Source: Escherichia coli 042 | Lineage (GTDB): Bacteria; Pseudomonadota; Gammaproteobacteria; Enterobacterales; Enterobacteriaceae | Assembly (NCBI RefSeq): GCF_000027125.1 | Contig: NC_017626.1 | Strand: one strand, 5' to 3' | Length of the DNA: 64,000 nt | Shown: piece after piece, positions 61,065 through 64,000 of the stretch | How the letters are laid out: each line of letters opens with the position of its first letter | Numbering within the stretch: the stretch's first letter is position 1 | Position numbers and translations under genes: made by a program | Notes under the pieces: model-generated | The model's input: only the letters and a program-made list of their open reading frames with translations | Databases searched by the model: none | What the model was told of the DNA's origin: nothing

Positions 61065-61736
61065 TCAAAGAATCATTTTATGAATTACAAAGCCTTCACC
61101 CAGATCGCTATTGACCTGTTGCCCGCGAAATTGTGCAACTGCACGCAGGCGATCCGGGCGCATATAATCACGATGGCCCTGGCTCTTATGCTGTTTTAAT
61201 GCAGCCAGTTTAATGGTGAAATATTCTTCTTCCACGGATTCAAAAACCTGTGGCATAAATGAAAGCCAGGTACTTGGCGTTTCATAGCCGAGAATTTGCG
61301 GAATAGCGCGACAGGCAACCATTGAGGCTTGATAGACTGCAAGATGATCCTGATGGCGGTCAGCATCATGCATGGTGTATACACGAATGATTTCTACATC
61401 AGACGGAATTTGTTTTTTAAGGACATCTTCCAGAGCGGAAATCATATCATTAAGTTGTAAATGAGTACGGGTGTCAGCAAAATTAAAATGAATAGTTTGT
61501 TGACACCCCAAAATGTTTAATGCTTCGAGTGATTCTTGATGTCGATTAATTATTTCACTCACGCCGGAATTACCCGATGTCATCACTACCGCTGCAATAT
61601 AGAACCCTTTTTTTGCAAGACGAGCGAGCGACGCGCCACAGCCCAATTCTATATCGTCAGGATGTGCGCCAATAGCAAGGATACCCTTTCTTTTATTTGC
61701 CGAAGAAAGGATGGCTGAATCTAAAACCTTATCCAC
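61065..61736 (-). CDS. yaiS: PIG-L/LmbE-family N-acetylglucosaminyl deacetylase
   Basis: 223-aa ORF with GTG start; conserved AHPDDIELG motif near the N-terminus; 9 bp upstream of yaiP. Confidence 0.8.
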   Translation of the reverse strand: MDKVLDSAILSSANKRKGILAIGAHPDDIELGCGASLARLAKKGFYIAAVVMTSGNSGVSEIINRHQESLEALNILGCQQTIHFNFADTRTHLQLNDMISALEDVLKKQIPSDVEIIRVYTMHDADRHQDHLAVYQASMVACRAIPQILGYETPSTWLSFMPQVFESVEEEYFTIKLAALKQHKSQGHRDYMRPDRLRAVAQFRGQQVNSDLGEGFVIHKMIL

Positions 61737-62343
61737 TTAATGACACTCCATTTTATTTATTATACTACAAGCACAACGATGCCCACAGAGACGTAATCTC
61801 TGGCGCAGACAGATGCTAATATTTAAGTGTTAAAAATTGCTGATAGCTGAAAAATAAGGGGCTTTCAGGTACGTGGATACGACTGCGTAATCTTTTATGT
61901 AGTTCATATGTTAAGTGTTTGTGTGTTTGGTTTGTATAGTTATTTTGTTTTATATATTGTATTTAGATGTGATTTAGTTTGTCAATTAATTACATATTAA
62001 AAATATGTTCTATGCACGAATATGGATTATATACATTATGTGAATATATTATGTGGTTGATTGAGAATGATACAGTTATATATGCAATGTGAATATAATG
62101 GTTTCATTATATGTATTGCTGTTAATAAAATAAAAGACATTATAATCTGCTTGTTTATGCATTAATAAAATGAAGTGCAGTAACTTACTGAATTGTCAGA
62201 GTGGGTGTAATTGCATATTTAATCTTTCCTTTGCCGCTTTTTTGCTAAGAATAAAATCATCTGTGCGATAACGACTAATTCTTTTAATGAATGTTTTTAT
62301 TCCTGAATACTGCTCCTATAACAAGACAGGGGAGCAGACAATC

Positions 62344-63306
62344 ATGGCAATTTCATCGCGTAACACACTTCTTGCCGCACTGGCATTCATCGCTTTTCAG
62401 GCACAGGCGGTGAACGTCACCGTGGCCTATCAAACCTCCGCTGAACCGGCGAAAGTGGCTCAGGCTGATAACACCTTTGCTAAAGAGAGCGGGGCGACGG
62501 TGGACTGGCGTAAGTTTGACAGCGGAGCCAGCATCGTGCGGGCGCTGGCTTCAGGCGATGTCCAAATCGGTAACCTCGGTTCCAGCCCATTAGCGGTGGC
62601 AGCCAGCCAACAGGTGCCGATTGAAGTCTTCTTACTGGCGTCAAAACTGGGTAACTCCGAAGCGCTGGTGGTAAAGAAAACTATCAGCAAACCGGAAGAT
62701 CTGATTGGCAAACGCATCGCCGTACCGTTTATCTCCACCACCCATTACAGCCTGCTGGCGGCGCTGAAACACTGGGGTATAAAACCCGGACAAGTGGAGA
62801 TAGTGAACCTGCAGCCACCCGCGATTATCGCCGCATGGCAACGGGGAGACATTGATGGTGCTTATGTCTGGGCACCGGCGGTTAACGCCCTGGAAAAAGA
62901 CGGCAAGGTGCTGACCGATTCTGAACAGGTCGGGCAGTGGGGCGCGCCGACGCTGGATGTTTGGGTAGTGCGCAAAGATTTTGCCGAGAAACATCCTGAG
63001 GTAGTGAAAGCGTTCGCTAAAAGCGCCATCGATGCTCAGCAACCGTACATTGCTAACCCAGACGCGTGGCTGAAACAGCCGGAAAACATCAGCAAGCTGG
63101 CGCGTTTAAGCGGCGTGCCGGAAGGTGACGTGCCGGGGCTGGTGAAGGGGAATACCTATCTGACGCCGCAGCAACAAACGGCAGAACTGACCGGACCGGT
63201 GAACAAAGCAATTATCGACACCGCGCAGTTTTTGAAAGAGCAGGGCAAAGTCCCCGCCGTGGCGAATGATTACAGCCAGTACGTTACCTCGCGCTTCGTA
63301 CAATAA
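62344..63306 (+). CDS. tauA: taurine ABC transporter periplasmic binding protein
   Basis: ORF 62287..63306; start set at ATG 62344 (MAISSRNTLLAALAFIAFQAQA signal peptide, 320 aa). Confidence 0.92.
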   Translation: MAISSRNTLLAALAFIAFQAQAVNVTVAYQTSAEPAKVAQADNTFAKESGATVDWRKFDSGASIVRALASGDVQIGNLGSSPLAVAASQQVPIEVFLLASKLGNSEALVVKKTISKPEDLIGKRIAVPFISTTHYSLLAALKHWGIKPGQVEIVNLQPPAIIAAWQRGDIDGAYVWAPAVNALEKDGKVLTDSEQVGQWGAPTLDVWVVRKDFAEKHPEVVKAFAKSAIDAQQPYIANPDAWLKQPENISKLARLSGVPEGDVPGLVKGNTYLTPQQQTAELTGPVNKAIIDTAQFLKEQGKVPAVANDYSQYVTSRFVQ

Positions 63307-63318
63307 AAGGAGGCGCGG

Positions 63319-64000
63319 ATGCTGCAAATCTCTCATCTCTATGCCGATTATGGCGGCAAACTGGCGTTGGAAGATATCAACCTGACGCTGGAAAGCGGCG
63401 AGCTGCTGGTGGTGCTGGGGCCGTCTGGCTGCGGCAAAACCACCTTGCTGAATCTGATTGCCGGTTTTGTGCCTTATCAGCATGGCAGCATTCAACTGGC
63501 GGGTAAGTGCATTGAGGGACCGGGAGCAGAGCGGGGCGTGGTTTTTCAGAATGAAGGGCTGTTGCCGTGGCGTAATGTGGTAGACAACGTGGCGTTCGGC
63601 CTGCAACTGGCAGGTGTAGAGAAAGCACTGCGCCTGGAAATCGCGCACCAGATGCTGAAAAAAGTGGGGCTGGAAGGCGCAGAAAAACGCTATATCTGGC
63701 AGCTTTCCGGCGGTCAACGTCAGCGGGTAGGGATTGCCCGCGCGCTGGCGGCGAATCCCCAGCTGTTATTACTCGACGAACCGTTTGGCGCGCTGGACGC
63801 CTTCACCCGCGATCAGATGCAAACTCTGCTGCTGAAACTCTGGCAGGAGACAGGTAAGCAGGTGCTGTTGATTACCCACGATATAGAAGAAGCGGTGTTT
63901 ATGGCAACCGAACTGGTTCTGCTTTCACCCGGCCCAGGCCGTGTGCTGGAGCGGCTGCCGCTCAACTTTGCTCGCCGCTTTGTTGCGGGAGAGTCGAGCC
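63319..64000 (+). CDS. tauB: taurine ABC transporter ATP-binding protein, 3' end runs off the right edge of the window
   Basis: ATG 63319 after AAGGAGG; translation [14 protein letters not shown]...GPSGCGKTT (Walker A) ...LSGGQRQR (signature) ...LLLDEPF (Walker B). Confidence 0.9.
   Translation, partial: MLQISHLYADYGGKLALEDINLTLESGELLVVLGPSGCGKTTLLNLIAGFVPYQHGSIQLAGKCIEGPGAERGVVFQNEGLLPWRNVVDNVAFGLQLAGVEKALRLEIAHQMLKKVGLEGAEKRYIWQLSGGQRQRVGIARALAANPQLLLLDEPFGALDAFTRDQMQTLLLKLWQETGKQVLLITHDIEEAVFMATELVLLSPGPGRVLERLPLNFARRFVAGESS

Noticed and set aside
63106-63717. 203-aa reverse-strand ORF across the tauA/tauB junction
   Set aside because: Antisense to tauA and tauB, which have clear ABC-transporter motifs.

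Overview
This 64 kb window is an Escherichia coli chromosomal segment running from betA to tauB, colinear with the K-12 bet–yah–prp–cod–cyn–lac–mhp–frm–yai–tau region (gene identities are recognised from the translated ORFs and my recollection of K-12; no database search was run). Gene order is: betA(partial)-betB-betI / betT, an AIDA-I-type autotransporter adhesin gene, pdeL(yahA), yahB-yahC / yahDEFG-yahIJ, an unnamed secreted-protein ORF, yahK, yahL, yahM, yahN, yahO, prpR / prpBCDE, codBA, cynR / cynTSX, lacAYZ-lacI, mhpR / mhpABCDFE-mhpT, yaiL, frmBA-frmR, yaiO-yaiX-yaiP-yaiS, tauA-tauB(partial). No rRNA, tRNA, CRISPR array, IS element or prophage gene was found. Intergenic regions carry many REP/BIME palindromes, including two ~470 bp tandem arrays flanking prpC-prpE that generate spurious ORFs in the six-frame track. 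The strongest candidates for an undescribed system are (1) the tightly packed yaiS-yaiP-yaiX-yaiO cluster (PIG-L deacetylase, GT2 glycosyltransferase, hexapeptide acyltransferase, outer-membrane protein), which I recall as IS2-disrupted in K-12 and which looks like a cryptic surface-glycan pathway, and (2) the yahB-yahJ cluster, whose products resemble a carbamoyltransferase/carbamate-kinase module with a Tat-exported deaminase. Other points of interest are the autotransporter island behind an AT-rich leader, a 215-aa signal-peptide ORF between yahJ and yahK, and a perfect 21-bp inverted repeat in the frmR promoter. Several start codons were moved downstream of the ORF-track starts to match conserved N-termini, because the track extends to the most upstream ATG/GTG/TTG.
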